37,640 nt of DNA from Parcubacteria group bacterium (GTDB taxonomy: Bacteria > Patescibacteriota > Minisyncoccia > Phycocordibacterales > Zambryskibacteraceae), in the NCBI GenBank assembly GCA_046597175.1, contig JBKJKY010000055.1, positions 1 to 37,640 on the forward strand. The letters are read 5' to 3'. The notes beneath the pieces are model-generated. The model ran no database searches and was not told where the DNA came from. It saw only the letters and a list, made by a program, of their open reading frames with translations. Both the position numbers and the translations under genes were made by a program. This document shows, piece after piece, positions 6,092 to 16,004 of the stretch (its first letter is position 1; each line of letters opens with the position of its first letter).

Positions 6092-9000
6092 TTAAAATCC
6101 ATTTGTTACTGAGACCAAATCCCACTTAGTGTCAGCGGTGTTATATTTGAACGCCAAATATATTGTTTTTGATAACACAGTTGTAGTTGGGAGTCCTTGG
6201 TCAGTAGAGCCTCGGAATACTGCGTTCCAAGCGAGAGTTCGAGCTGTAGCATTATCTTTGATACGTATTGTTAGATTGTAGTTTTCATCAAGTGTTCCTG
6301 AGGCAATAGTTGGTGCTCCAAAGGTAGCATTGACGGCTAGAGCAGTGATTGTATGGGTGTGGCGTGTCGCTGCGATTGCGACTGTTGGTGTTGCGTTTGA
6401 TGCTTCTGTGGTTGTAATTGTGGTATCAACATTTGCGGTGTGAGGGTATAGGGTGAGTACGCTTGAGCCTCCTACTGCTACACCCTGAAGTGTTACTGAA
6501 CCTGAAGTGTTTCCAGCAAATGCAATCTTTCCAAGAGTTGTACCTGCAAGTCCTACTGTTACTTTTGTATCATCAATTCTAAATCTTTCATTGGTAGTTG
6601 CTGGTGTTGTTCCTCCACCAATTGCAAAATTTATATATTGATTAGCATCCTTTTGAGCAGAAACAGTGACAATACCATCCGTATTTTGCAGTGCCAATTG
6701 GTTTGCTGTCGCAAAAAGAGTACCAAACGAGGTGTTAGTATACCCAGATGAATTGTAATAAAGCCCTGCAAAGTTTGTGTATGTGCTTCCACTCGCTAAA
6801 TTGTTGTTAAGATTAAAACCACCGTACGCATTTGTACCACCATTAGTGTTTGTTACTTGGAGAATTACACCACCGTCAACGTTACTTGTTTCCGTGATTT
6901 CAATACCAAGACCTCCAATACCTGCAAGTGTTCCTGTGCCAGTCTGAGAGCCAAAGTGAGAGTTTCCTGATTGCACCCACAGAGAGTATGGGTTTGTTAT
7001 GGTAACCCCAGTTCCTGCGATAGGAGCTCCTCCTACTACTAAGGTCCCTGCAAGTGAGAATGTTGCTGAGGTTGTTGTCTTATTGTAAGTAGGTGCACCG
7101 AAATAATATTCTCTTTGGGTTGCTACAGTTCCGTCGGCCCATGTACGTGTTGAGCCTGTAACGTTTACTCCTTTCGACTCTGTGTTTGCGGTTTGACCAG
7201 TATCAGCTGGTGATGTAATTGTGAAGTATGAAGCTACTCCTGAAGTACGAGCAGTCGGGGTGAGTGTATTTACTCCTGTAAAGGTTTGAGTTACAGCAAG
7301 ACCTGCGAGTGTTGTTGTGGTAGCTGGTAGAGTTGCAACAGTCGCAGTACCCGCAACAGCAGAAGGTTGAAGTGTTGCATCACCAGAAGTGTTACCAAAC
7401 ATTTTTACTTTGCCCAGTGTCGTAGCGTTTACCCCGAGATTGATTTGGGAAGTTCCATCAGTAGTTATTCCTGCAACAACTTTCGTGTCAGTAGTACCTG
7501 CGCCAAGAACAACGGAATTAGAAGTAAGGTTACCACCTGTGTTAGTTACTGTTCCAGATCCTCCAGGAGTAGACCAAGTCCCATCTCCTCTCCAGAATGT
7601 TGCGGCTGAAGCAGATGTTCCTGAGTTTAAAAGTGTTACTGGGATATAAGCACCAGTACCAGTCAAAGCCCCTGTTACGGCAGCTCCCTGAATAGTTTTG
7701 TTTGTGAAAGTATCGGTAGTTGCTTTACCAACTAGGGTATCGGTTGCAGAAGGAAGTGAAAGGACGTAAGCAGAGGCACCAGAAAGTGGTTGAATTGTAT
7801 AGTTACCTCCAAGTGTATTGTACAAAACGACCTTACCAGTTGCAGAACTTGACGCTCCAAGGTTGATTATCGAAGAAGCATAAGTGAAGTCTGCTGAACC
7901 AGCAAAAGCACCAGCATTGTTGTATTGAACCTGTGTTGTTGAACCTCCAGGAGTTCCGCCACCACCAGAATACTGTGGGATATTGAGAGTATTTGATATT
8001 AAAGTAGCAGCCCCTGAAGTCCCTGTAGTCGTTAGAGTAATTGGTGCTTGGTAATCGGTTCCAGCGATAGCTGCGGAAATTGCAGTACCATTTCCCTTGA
8101 GAACTCCCGTTACAGAAGTTGTAAGAGTAATTGCAGGAGTTGTTGTCGCAGTTGCAACAGTACCAGCAAATCCGTTTGCAGATACAACAGAAGCAGAGGT
8201 AACAGTTCCTGTGTTTGTTGTGTAGCCTGCTCCGTTTGTAATAGCATTGTTGTTTAATGAAATGTTTGCAGTACCATCAAACGATACACCTGCAATAGTT
8301 CTTGCGGTGGTAAGCTTTGGGGCAGATACAATTGTTATGACAGGTGTCGTTGTGGTAGTTGCAACGGTAGCATCTGCATTTGCTGAAGTAACAGATGTAA
8401 CGGTTCCAGCACCTTTAGCGTTTAATTGTGTCTGAATAGCCGAAGTGACACCTGAAAGATAGCCAAGTTCAGTGCCAGTTACTGCTGAGGTAGAAAGAAC
8501 TCCTGAGGTAAGGATAGGCACTCCAGTGCCCGTTGCTCGCTTAATTGTTTTACCGCCTGTACCTGAGAAAAGAGCTACTTCTGAGTCAACAGATGTTGCC
8601 GTGTTTGAAGATACGTCTCCACCTCCTCCTGAGCCGGTAGTTACCGTCACAGTTCCATCAGCGTTATCAGTGACAGATCCATTTGAGAATTTAATAGCGG
8701 TAGGGCTTGCTACAGAAGGAAAACCGTCTACTTCTGTTACAGTGAATCCGGATGAAGTAGTTATATTAGCCGTATCTCCAGTCACACTCACTGTCGCACC
8801 AATAAAGTTAAAATTCTTAGAACGTTTACCATTAACAAAAGGTGTAGTTGGAGGTAATGCAACTGAGTTTGATGTGGCAATTCTCTTTACATCTTCAAAT
8901 TCCTTTTTAGTAGGAACATCCTCAAGCCCCTCTACTTGGGTTTTCTTGATTTTCTTCTTCGAAGTATTAACTTTGTCGACAATTTCTTCGGATGTGTCTT

Positions 9001-9382
9001 TGAGTGCTTTCTCAACAACGTTTTCTGTAACAATAGGTACTTCCCTAATTGTTTCTATACGCTCAATCACCTTTTCTACGATAGGTACTTTGACTTTTGA
9101 GGCTATTTCTTCCTTGTCTTTTTCAGTAATGATGTAGTCATTACCTGGCTGACCATTTTCTGGCTGAACAATGGTATTTAGATACTCAAGAGTATTCGCT
9201 ACCTCACTTTGAATTACTGATATTTCATTCTCTACTTTGTTGGAAAGGTCCTCAATCTTTTGTTCTTTTTCGTCTACAAAATCTTGGAATTCAAGTATCT
9301 TTTCGTATACAGCAATGTTGCCTTTATCTACAAGTTCCGCGGAAGCAATGAGCTTTCTTTTTTGTGCAGGAGTTAGTTCCAT
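6092..9382 (-). CDS. Long tail-fibre-like protein
   Basis: 1096 aa from ATG 9382; charged helical N-terminus, then T/G/S/A-rich body with GTVTSV and PGGSTTQVQYNNAGAFAG fibre motifs. Confidence 0.85.
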   Translation of the reverse strand: MELTPAQKRKLIASAELVDKGNIAVYEKILEFQDFVDEKEQKIEDLSNKVENEISVIQSEVANTLEYLNTIVQPENGQPGNDYIITEKDKEEIASKVKVPIVEKVIERIETIREVPIVTENVVEKALKDTSEEIVDKVNTSKKKIKKTQVEGLEDVPTKKEFEDVKRIATSNSVALPPTTPFVNGKRSKNFNFIGATVSVTGDTANITTSSGFTVTEVDGFPSVASPTAIKFSNGSVTDNADGTVTVTTGSGGGGDVSSNTATSVDSEVALFSGTGGKTIKRATGTGVPILTSGVLSTSAVTGTELGYLSGVTSAIQTQLNAKGAGTVTSVTSANADATVATTTTTPVITIVSAPKLTTARTIAGVSFDGTANISLNNNAITNGAGYTTNTGTVTSASVVSANGFAGTVATATTTPAITLTTSVTGVLKGNGTAISAAIAGTDYQAPITLTTTGTSGAATLISNTLNIPQYSGGGGTPGGSTTQVQYNNAGAFAGSADFTYASSIINLGASSSATGKVVLYNTLGGNYTIQPLSGASAYVLSLPSATDTLVGKATTDTFTNKTIQGAAVTGALTGTGAYIPVTLLNSGTSASAATFWRGDGTWSTPGGSGTVTNTGGNLTSNSVVLGAGTTDTKVVAGITTDGTSQINLGVNATTLGKVKMFGNTSGDATLQPSAVAGTATVATLPATTTTLAGLAVTQTFTGVNTLTPTARTSGVASYFTITSPADTGQTANTESKGVNVTGSTRTWADGTVATQREYYFGAPTYNKTTTSATFSLAGTLVVGGAPIAGTGVTITNPYSLWVQSGNSHFGSQTGTGTLAGIGGLGIEITETSNVDGGVILQVTNTNGGTNAYGGFNLNNNLASGSTYTNFAGLYYNSSGYTNTSFGTLFATANQLALQNTDGIVTVSAQKDANQYINFAIGGGTTPATTNERFRIDDTKVTVGLAGTTLGKIAFAGNTSGSVTLQGVAVGGSSVLTLYPHTANVDTTITTTEASNATPTVAIAATRHTHTITALAVNATFGAPTIASGTLDENYNLTIRIKDNATARTLAWNAVFRGSTDQGLPTTTVLSKTIYLAFKYNTADTKWDLVSVTNGF

Positions 9383-9511
9383 TCCGTTTAGGGTATTTGT
9401 GTGAAGGGAAATAGTTTTGAATATGGACACCGACTGTTTACAACTCTCTTGCTTTATTATTTAAAAGGTGTATACATAAGGTATATAAACGTGGTCTAAT
9501 CAATTAACATA

Positions 9512-10105
9512 ATGAAAAAAGCCTTATTTTTAGCCGTTTTCTTAAGTTTTACCCTATTCCCTACTGTCACCTCTGCACAGACTTTTAACCCTGCAAGCTC
9601 TGAAGAGGTCAATGCTTTAAATACTAAGATTATTGAATTGCTTACAATATTACTTGGACAACTCCAACAGCAACTTGCAGATATGATTGCAAAGCAAGCC
9701 GTCACTGATAGTGCGGTTTCAAGTATTCAGTCTAAGGTTGACACAGTAGTTCAAAACACCACCCCTCAAGCTGTATACACTCCCCCAGCTCCTCAACTAG
9801 CATCTGTTTTAAATCTGACATACATTTGCGATGGATCAAGAATAAAAATTGATGTAAGCCAAAATGGTCCATACAAAAGGGGCTTGTTCTACCTAAACAG
9901 TGGTAAAGGAATAGATGGTACTAATTATGTCGGTGGACAAGTTTGGTATTCAAAAGATTGGCCAAATGGATTCACAACCTATTTAGATCAGGCAGGAGAC
10001 TATACAGTGACGACTTCGCTATTTAACAATCCTCTTGATGACAAGAATGCAGACAATAGTTTCCTATCAAGAACTGATCAGATTAACGTAAGTCAGTGTC
10101 AGTAA
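9512..10105 (+). CDS. Secreted protein with signal peptide and short coiled coil (moron gene 1)
   Basis: MKKALFLAVFLSFTLFPTVTSA signal; LLGQLQQQLADM coil; opposite strand to surrounding genes. Confidence 0.85.
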   Translation: MKKALFLAVFLSFTLFPTVTSAQTFNPASSEEVNALNTKIIELLTILLGQLQQQLADMIAKQAVTDSAVSSIQSKVDTVVQNTTPQAVYTPPAPQLASVLNLTYICDGSRIKIDVSQNGPYKRGLFYLNSGKGIDGTNYVGGQVWYSKDWPNGFTTYLDQAGDYTVTTSLFNNPLDDKNADNSFLSRTDQINVSQCQ

Positions 10106-10254
10106 TGAAGTGGACAAAACTCAACATAATAGTTCTACTAACTATAGCTGCCTCAGCTTTGATAAGTAATGAAGGTGTGGTAAATGCTGCAGCCTATATA
10201 TTTATAGCTTTCGCTTTATATATAGTGTATAAGACTTGGAGTAGATCTATTTAG
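10105..10254 (+). CDS. 49 aa two-helix membrane protein (moron gene 2, not in ORF track)
   Basis: MKWTKLNIIVLLTIAASALISNEGVVNAAAYIFIAFALYIVYKTWSRSI; TAATG overlap with gene 1. Confidence 0.65.
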   Translation: MKWTKLNIIVLLTIAASALISNEGVVNAAAYIFIAFALYIVYKTWSRSI

Positions 10255-12448
10255 ACTTGTTTTGTGCCTTCTTCCATATATCGGTGAGTTGGGATTTGGT
10301 TTTAAGAACATCAAGATTCAAAACTGCATAAGTATCACCCTCTTTCACAATATCAAATCCTTTTCCCTTGATTTCTTCTCCCAACAGTTCTTTCGCCCTT
10401 ACTATTTCAGGATTTTCAGAAGTCCAAAACACCCTCGAAGGCGAAACCTCTTTTTTGTAGTTCATTTGAGAGCGTGCTTTGGAAATAGGAAGGTCTTTAC
10501 CATATTTTTCTTTGTATAATTCATTTGCTCTTGCAAAATCACGTTGTTTTATCTCTGAAGAATTACTGTTATATATTTTTGCATCTTTTGCAATTATGTA
10601 ATCTTTTGTCTTTTCACCATAGTATTTTGTTACTTCTGGATTGTCTGTTACGGAAAAAGACTTACCAAACATACTTCTTTTTGATTTGGATAAATCAATA
10701 GCATCGAAATCAACGTTTGTCCCATGATAAACAGGTGTCCCCTGTGCCTTCACAAATTCATCTGCACCCTTATACTTACTGGCCTCGGAGATTAGGGGGT
10801 CTATAGTTTTTGTCGCCATAGGGTTAACTTTACCACTTTTAGACACGTCTTCAATAGATAACCCAAATTGAGGATTTTTCAAATATTCTTCAATATATGG
10901 CTGAATCTTTCCTGGAAGTCTAAAATTATTTACATCATTCCCCGCTACTCTGAGTATCTCAGCCACTTTGCCAACTTGTAGTTTTGTAAGTCCGTAACTT
11001 CTTATAAGAGGCACTGCCACTTCTGGTGATGCTAGAATGGCAGTTATTAACGCACCTGCATAATTTCCAATAGCAGCCTGTCCACCGACACCTATAGCTC
11101 TTGCATAGGTTCCTACCTTTATGCCAGAAGCATTTTCAATATCTTCAGCAGCCTTAACGATTTTAATTCTTTGCCCTACTCCTGGGTGTATTTCCTCTAG
11201 TCTTCCAAGGATCTGGTCTTTGCCTGCACCATTAAGATTTGCAATTTTGTTTATTGCACCGTCCTTGAAGTTACCGTCTTTATCTAGATAATCTTTTCTT
11301 ATTCTGTTTAGTTGTGTTACTTCGGGAGCGTACTTTTCGTCTAGTACTTTCAATCCAGGGATTTGCTCTTTGCCGAGTGAATCGTACTGACTTCTCAAGT
11401 CTCTGAAAATTTTCTGTCCGTCAGCAGTTTTGGTTGCATCGTATTTTGCCCCCTTAGATAACGCTGAACGGGTGTTCATAAACGAGTTGCCAGAAAGCTC
11501 AGCTTCGTTTCCGTACACGCTTATGAAATCTTCTATAGCAATTCTGTCTCCCGCTGAAATAGGCACACTCTCGGAGGACATCTTTATTTTTCCATCTACT
11601 AGATCTAACCCATATTTCTTTAAGGTGTCGGGAACTAAGTTTGTAGGAATTGCCACCCTGTTTGATGATTCTCTAATCCCCTGGTATTCTTTTCCTGTTG
11701 TACTTAAATCTTTTAGTCTGCTGTCGATAGAACTTTTCACCGATTGTGCAAGCGTAGCCCTGTCATTATTCGCTAAGTTAGCTTTTGAAAACTCAGCCGA
11801 ATTATCGACAATAGTAGACAAAGTTTCTGGATTTAGTCCAGTCATTTGGGATACCCCGAACTTAGTAGTTTTTCCAGCTGTCTCCGCTAGGGTTCCAACA
11901 GTTTTTGCAACAGGCTTAGTTACAAGCCCTGCTGTCCTAGAAATTCCGCTATTTAGAAGTTCTGTTTTTCCAGCTAATCCAGCACCTCCTTCGAGTATAC
12001 TTAATACATCTGTACCAAAGCCAAAGGGGTCAGTTGTAGCTGTTCTCTGTAAATTTTCTAATGAACCGTATCTGTCTTTTAATGACGTTATCAATGCAGA
12101 AAAGTTTTCATCTGCTTTCTTACCTTCCGCATCATCTCTAAGTTTGGCAAGTTTATTTACTCCACCTAGAAAAGCATTTCCAATATTAGAAAGTGTATCA
12201 ATCGGGTGTGTTAGTGTTGAAACCGTATTTTTAGCAAAATTGTAAGCGGAAGATGGAAGGTTACTTGCTGATTCGAGTCCAGCTTTGACACCTTCACCAA
12301 TTACAGAATTATCTTTTATAGGGTGTGCTTGCGGAGTGGTAACAGATTTTGCACCCATTTGTTGAAGTTCTTGCAAAGAAAGCCCACCACTTGCTTGTAC
12401 TGGCTTTGCCCCCATTCGTTGTAATTCTTCAAGTGAAAGTCCTTGCAT
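10247..12448 (-). CDS. Probable DNA ejection/internal virion protein with C-terminal ADP-ribosyltransferase-like domain
   Basis: 733 aa, helical A/G-rich body, position after nozzle; C-terminal PVYHGT...FGKSFSVTDN...KYY. Confidence 0.65.
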   Translation of the reverse strand: MQGLSLEELQRMGAKPVQASGGLSLQELQQMGAKSVTTPQAHPIKDNSVIGEGVKAGLESASNLPSSAYNFAKNTVSTLTHPIDTLSNIGNAFLGGVNKLAKLRDDAEGKKADENFSALITSLKDRYGSLENLQRTATTDPFGFGTDVLSILEGGAGLAGKTELLNSGISRTAGLVTKPVAKTVGTLAETAGKTTKFGVSQMTGLNPETLSTIVDNSAEFSKANLANNDRATLAQSVKSSIDSRLKDLSTTGKEYQGIRESSNRVAIPTNLVPDTLKKYGLDLVDGKIKMSSESVPISAGDRIAIEDFISVYGNEAELSGNSFMNTRSALSKGAKYDATKTADGQKIFRDLRSQYDSLGKEQIPGLKVLDEKYAPEVTQLNRIRKDYLDKDGNFKDGAINKIANLNGAGKDQILGRLEEIHPGVGQRIKIVKAAEDIENASGIKVGTYARAIGVGGQAAIGNYAGALITAILASPEVAVPLIRSYGLTKLQVGKVAEILRVAGNDVNNFRLPGKIQPYIEEYLKNPQFGLSIEDVSKSGKVNPMATKTIDPLISEASKYKGADEFVKAQGTPVYHGTNVDFDAIDLSKSKRSMFGKSFSVTDNPEVTKYYGEKTKDYIIAKDAKIYNSNSSEIKQRDFARANELYKEKYGKDLPISKARSQMNYKKEVSPSRVFWTSENPEIVRAKELLGEEIKGKGFDIVKEGDTYAVLNLDVLKTKSQLTDIWKKAQNKSK

Positions 12449-12449
12449 A

Positions 12450-13919
12450 TTATTGTGGATAGTATTTGCCGTCAGAACTTAAAACGTAAGTCTTTCCGTT
12501 TGCTGTTAAAGCTTGTGGTGGAGGTGTCTTGTAAGCCGGACCTGCTAATTGTGCTTGATTCTGTATAACGCTGTTTCTTGTGTTTTCTTTTTGTTTGATA
12601 ACCTCTGAACTATCACCATACTGTGGGAAATAAACAGATCTTGCATCATCAAATTCTGATTGAGAAATGGCAGCACCAGATTCCTTACGAAGCTTTGCAG
12701 TAATAAAGTTTTTCATTGCTTGACCTGCTTGCTGCTCACTTGGAGTAAGAAAAGCATTAGCAGTCGGACTGTTTGATGCTACAGCTTTAAATTTCAAGTA
12801 ATTCATAGTTTTGAATACATCTGAATTTTCATTGATTACTTGGTTCGCTTCCGCCATTCTTGTTGCATACCCTGCGTCAGTAATTTGTTGAGCACTTGCT
12901 GGTTTTAGAGACACATTAGACTCACTCATCGTCTTTGCAGTATTTGCTCTCACGTTTGCGATATTTGCGTTCTTAAGTGCACTATCAAGTTTGTTTTCAA
13001 GGGTAATACCGTTTCTCGCAAGAATAGATGTAGCTTCACTAGCATCCTTTGCGTCATTGAGTTCTGAGAGTACATTTGCAGGAATTTGCACACCATTTTT
13101 GAGTGCTTCAAGTTGGATATTTGCAATATCTTTTTTGTTTTCGCTTGCAGTCTTGTATTGTTGGTCTAATTGATTTACTTTAAGTTGGAACGCTCTATCT
13201 TCAGACTTCGAAAGCGTTTCTTTATTTTGTTCATAGAAAAACTTTGTGTAGTCGAGTGCGGTTTTAAGAGGCTCAAGAGCAAGTTGAGTCTTTCTTGTTA
13301 GAATATTGGAAGCTGTTTCGTAATCACGATTAGCAGCACTTTGAATGAGTCCGAGGTCAGCCTGCTCAAAAGCGTATCGTCTATTTATTTCCTTTGCCTG
13401 TTGTGCAATTTGCACCTCGCCAAGACCGCTTCCCTCAAGTGCTCGAAGTTCATTTGTTTGTGCTCTTTGAGATGCTTCGATTTTATTGGTTGAGTCTGTT
13501 ACTTTTTGAGCCTTTACATCGAGTCCTGCATCCTTTTCTGCTTGAGCTTGCCCTGTTTGGATGCCGAGAACTTTATCCATCAAACTTTTCAAATCAGACT
13601 CACTTGAGCCCACTTTCGCTTGTGCGTCTGTCGCTTTCTGTTCTTGTTCTTTCTGTGGTTTCCCTTGCTCAACCAATGCTCCAGCCGTACCGCTAAGACC
13701 CGCTGCGGTTGTAGGTGGTGGAATGGTAGGAATAGAAACAGAGCCTTTGTTGTTTGCAATAGCACTTGCATCGTTTACATTCGGCACTGTGCTTGAAGAA
13801 GGTTTGAAGTTCGGATCTGCCTGTGTTGTATTTACAGAAATACCAGCCTGTGCAGTAGCTTGCTGGGGCGTAAGGGATGCTTGTTTTGCTATTAAGTCGT
13901 TTGAAATAGTTGGGTTCAT
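12450..13919 (-). CDS. Probable ejection/internal virion protein
   Basis: 489 aa Q/A-rich coiled coil; C-terminal LRKESGAAI...YFPQYGD...QK motif. Confidence 0.65.
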   Translation of the reverse strand: MNPTISNDLIAKQASLTPQQATAQAGISVNTTQADPNFKPSSSTVPNVNDASAIANNKGSVSIPTIPPPTTAAGLSGTAGALVEQGKPQKEQEQKATDAQAKVGSSESDLKSLMDKVLGIQTGQAQAEKDAGLDVKAQKVTDSTNKIEASQRAQTNELRALEGSGLGEVQIAQQAKEINRRYAFEQADLGLIQSAANRDYETASNILTRKTQLALEPLKTALDYTKFFYEQNKETLSKSEDRAFQLKVNQLDQQYKTASENKKDIANIQLEALKNGVQIPANVLSELNDAKDASEATSILARNGITLENKLDSALKNANIANVRANTAKTMSESNVSLKPASAQQITDAGYATRMAEANQVINENSDVFKTMNYLKFKAVASNSPTANAFLTPSEQQAGQAMKNFITAKLRKESGAAISQSEFDDARSVYFPQYGDSSEVIKQKENTRNSVIQNQAQLAGPAYKTPPPQALTANGKTYVLSSDGKYYPQ

Positions 13920-13920
13920 A

Positions 13921-15714
13921 TTAATTAGATCCTTTGTTTGTGTTATTTACGAGAACAATGTCGTCGATTTCGTTTTTACCAGTAAATTGCATACATACTT
14001 TAAATTGTATCCATGGTGAGTTATCACTAATAAGTGACTCGAACCATTGAACTGTTTGATTTGTATTTATTCCCACCTTTGCCCAGTTTTGAAAGCGTGC
14101 TTTAGCCGTACCAGAAGTAGCACCGGTGAAAGTATCATCGAGTGTGACAGTATATGTACCACTTCCGGTCACCGATAGGATATGAGCACACTTGCCAGCT
14201 CCCTTGCCCTGGAGGATTTCCACCTCGTAACCTACTAATGCTGATACATCCGTAGTGGTAGTGAATGTACTAGAAGAAGTCCATGTAACAGTTGCTTCTA
14301 CAGGAGAAATTTCGTCAGTTCGAATCTTAATTGCAATAGAATCACTACTGCTGAGTAGTTTCTTATGCCTCACAAAAGCTTTTTGCCAGATACTTTCAAT
14401 AGGTACGTTTCCAAATTGGTCTGGTTGAGGATAGATTTTTCCGGTCACCAAATATCCATACTTTTGAATGGTTTCTGAGGTATCATCTGTTGCGATAATG
14501 TATTTTGTTGCAGACGCATCGGTGTACACTTGAGCACCAATAAGGTTCACCCCTACAGCCGTACTAAGATCAGATTTTGCATAAAGAAGCCCACCCACCC
14601 TTGCAAGCCTTGACTGGCCATAATCTGTTACCGTTGAGGTGTAGAGAGATGGAGTTTCAATGTGATACCAGCCGAGAGCAGTGTTCTTAAGGTCAAATTC
14701 ATAAATACCAGCTTGGAAAAATTCATCGTAGGTTCCGTCTTCGTATTGATTACTTACAAAAATACGGATCTTGTTATCTGCATATAACTGCATTCCATTT
14801 GGATGTATCCAACGGTCATTTCTACTGGAAAAACTATTTTTAAGATATTTGTTTCTATTTATTGGTAGCCTTCCATTTGGAACATCAATAAAGGTTCCTC
14901 CGTTGAAATATTGAAGACGTGCTTCTGTATTCATTATGTATGGTGTGTCGCCTATCAAGATTGCTGCCAAGACTCCTCCAGAATCGAGAACGTATCCTTG
15001 ACTATTTGAGGGTGTGCTAGCGGTTACTCCATCCCATGTGAACACACGGGCCGGTAGACCAATGGCAAAATTGATAGTGAAGAGCCAAATAGTACTTGGA
15101 GCTGCAAGTATTTGACTAAAACAAAGACCGATATTACTAGTAGAGAGCGTATTGAGTGTAAAGGTATTAGCGGTGGTTGATACTGTTGCTAAAGTTACCG
15201 TCAGTGCAGTGTCTAGAGAGATGATATATTTATAGTTATCAGTGCAATACAGTTTATTGCCGTATTCTGTCATCATGTGAGGTGTCCCTGCGTTTAGATT
15301 CGGACCAGCAACGGTTGACCAACCAGAACCACTTGAAGATGAAAAAGTCGTCTCCATAGATGTGACCAACTTATTAGCAGCCCGGAAAAACTTAATATCC
15401 GCACTATCAGAACTGTGGCTTGTCGCAGTGCCAGAACTTGCAGCAAAGACAGCAGACGGATCTACAGAAGTAGTACAGAACACTCTATCTCCCGCTACCG
15501 TAAAAAACCCATTTTCACCACCACCATTGTTAAACCTCGAAAATCCCACAGCTGTACCAAGATTACTAATCCCGTCCGTAGTTATTTTCATTCGTGGAGA
15601 AACACGAGTGTGCTTTTTATTTGTCGACAAATCTAAGTTGAAAGAGCTTTTGAGTGTACCGTCTCTATCGCTGTCTGGATTTTGAGTCCATTGTCCGTTT
15701 AAAGGTATTTGCAT
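13921..15714 (-). CDS. Tail nozzle/DNA stabilisation protein (P22 gp10 / T7 gp12 position)
   Basis: 597 aa from ATG 15714, beta-propeller-like composition, ends WIQFKVCM; synteny. Confidence 0.6.
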   Translation of the reverse strand: MQIPLNGQWTQNPDSDRDGTLKSSFNLDLSTNKKHTRVSPRMKITTDGISNLGTAVGFSRFNNGGGENGFFTVAGDRVFCTTSVDPSAVFAASSGTATSHSSDSADIKFFRAANKLVTSMETTFSSSSGSGWSTVAGPNLNAGTPHMMTEYGNKLYCTDNYKYIISLDTALTVTLATVSTTANTFTLNTLSTSNIGLCFSQILAAPSTIWLFTINFAIGLPARVFTWDGVTASTPSNSQGYVLDSGGVLAAILIGDTPYIMNTEARLQYFNGGTFIDVPNGRLPINRNKYLKNSFSSRNDRWIHPNGMQLYADNKIRIFVSNQYEDGTYDEFFQAGIYEFDLKNTALGWYHIETPSLYTSTVTDYGQSRLARVGGLLYAKSDLSTAVGVNLIGAQVYTDASATKYIIATDDTSETIQKYGYLVTGKIYPQPDQFGNVPIESIWQKAFVRHKKLLSSSDSIAIKIRTDEISPVEATVTWTSSSTFTTTTDVSALVGYEVEILQGKGAGKCAHILSVTGSGTYTVTLDDTFTGATSGTAKARFQNWAKVGINTNQTVQWFESLISDNSPWIQFKVCMQFTGKNEIDDIVLVNNTNKGSN

Positions 15715-15715
15715 G

Positions 15716-16003
15716 TTAAACTGTTTTAATGCCGTTAGAGTCAAACTGAATAAAGGTAGTTGTAGGACCGGTACTGATACTTGCAACGTAATAACTTCCT
15801 GCTACACCCGGAGCAAGAACGCTGAATGTCCCATCACCATTTGACTTCACTATTCCTGTCCCAAGTGTTCTTGGTACTTTGATAAATCCTCTTCCTGTCA
15901 TAGCCTGCTCAACTCTTAGAGGAAAAGAGAAAGAAGACTGCATAGCTGTGATAATTCCTTCAAGTTGCTCTACTCTCTGTGTTAGTTGTGATATTTCATC
16001 CAT
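15716..16003 (-). CDS. Small virion protein with N-terminal coiled coil
   Basis: MDEISQLTQRVEQLE..., 95 aa from ATG 16003. Confidence 0.55.
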   Translation of the reverse strand: MDEISQLTQRVEQLEGIITAMQSSFSFPLRVEQAMTGRGFIKVPRTLGTGIVKSNGDGTFSVLAPGVAGSYYVASISTGPTTTFIQFDSNGIKTV

Positions 16004-16004
16004 G

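Noticed and set aside
8472-9137. Long plus-strand ORFs (also 11430-12245, 13561-14019, 4748-5143)
   Set aside because: Antisense shadows of strongly coding minus-strand genes, with no motifs or expression signals
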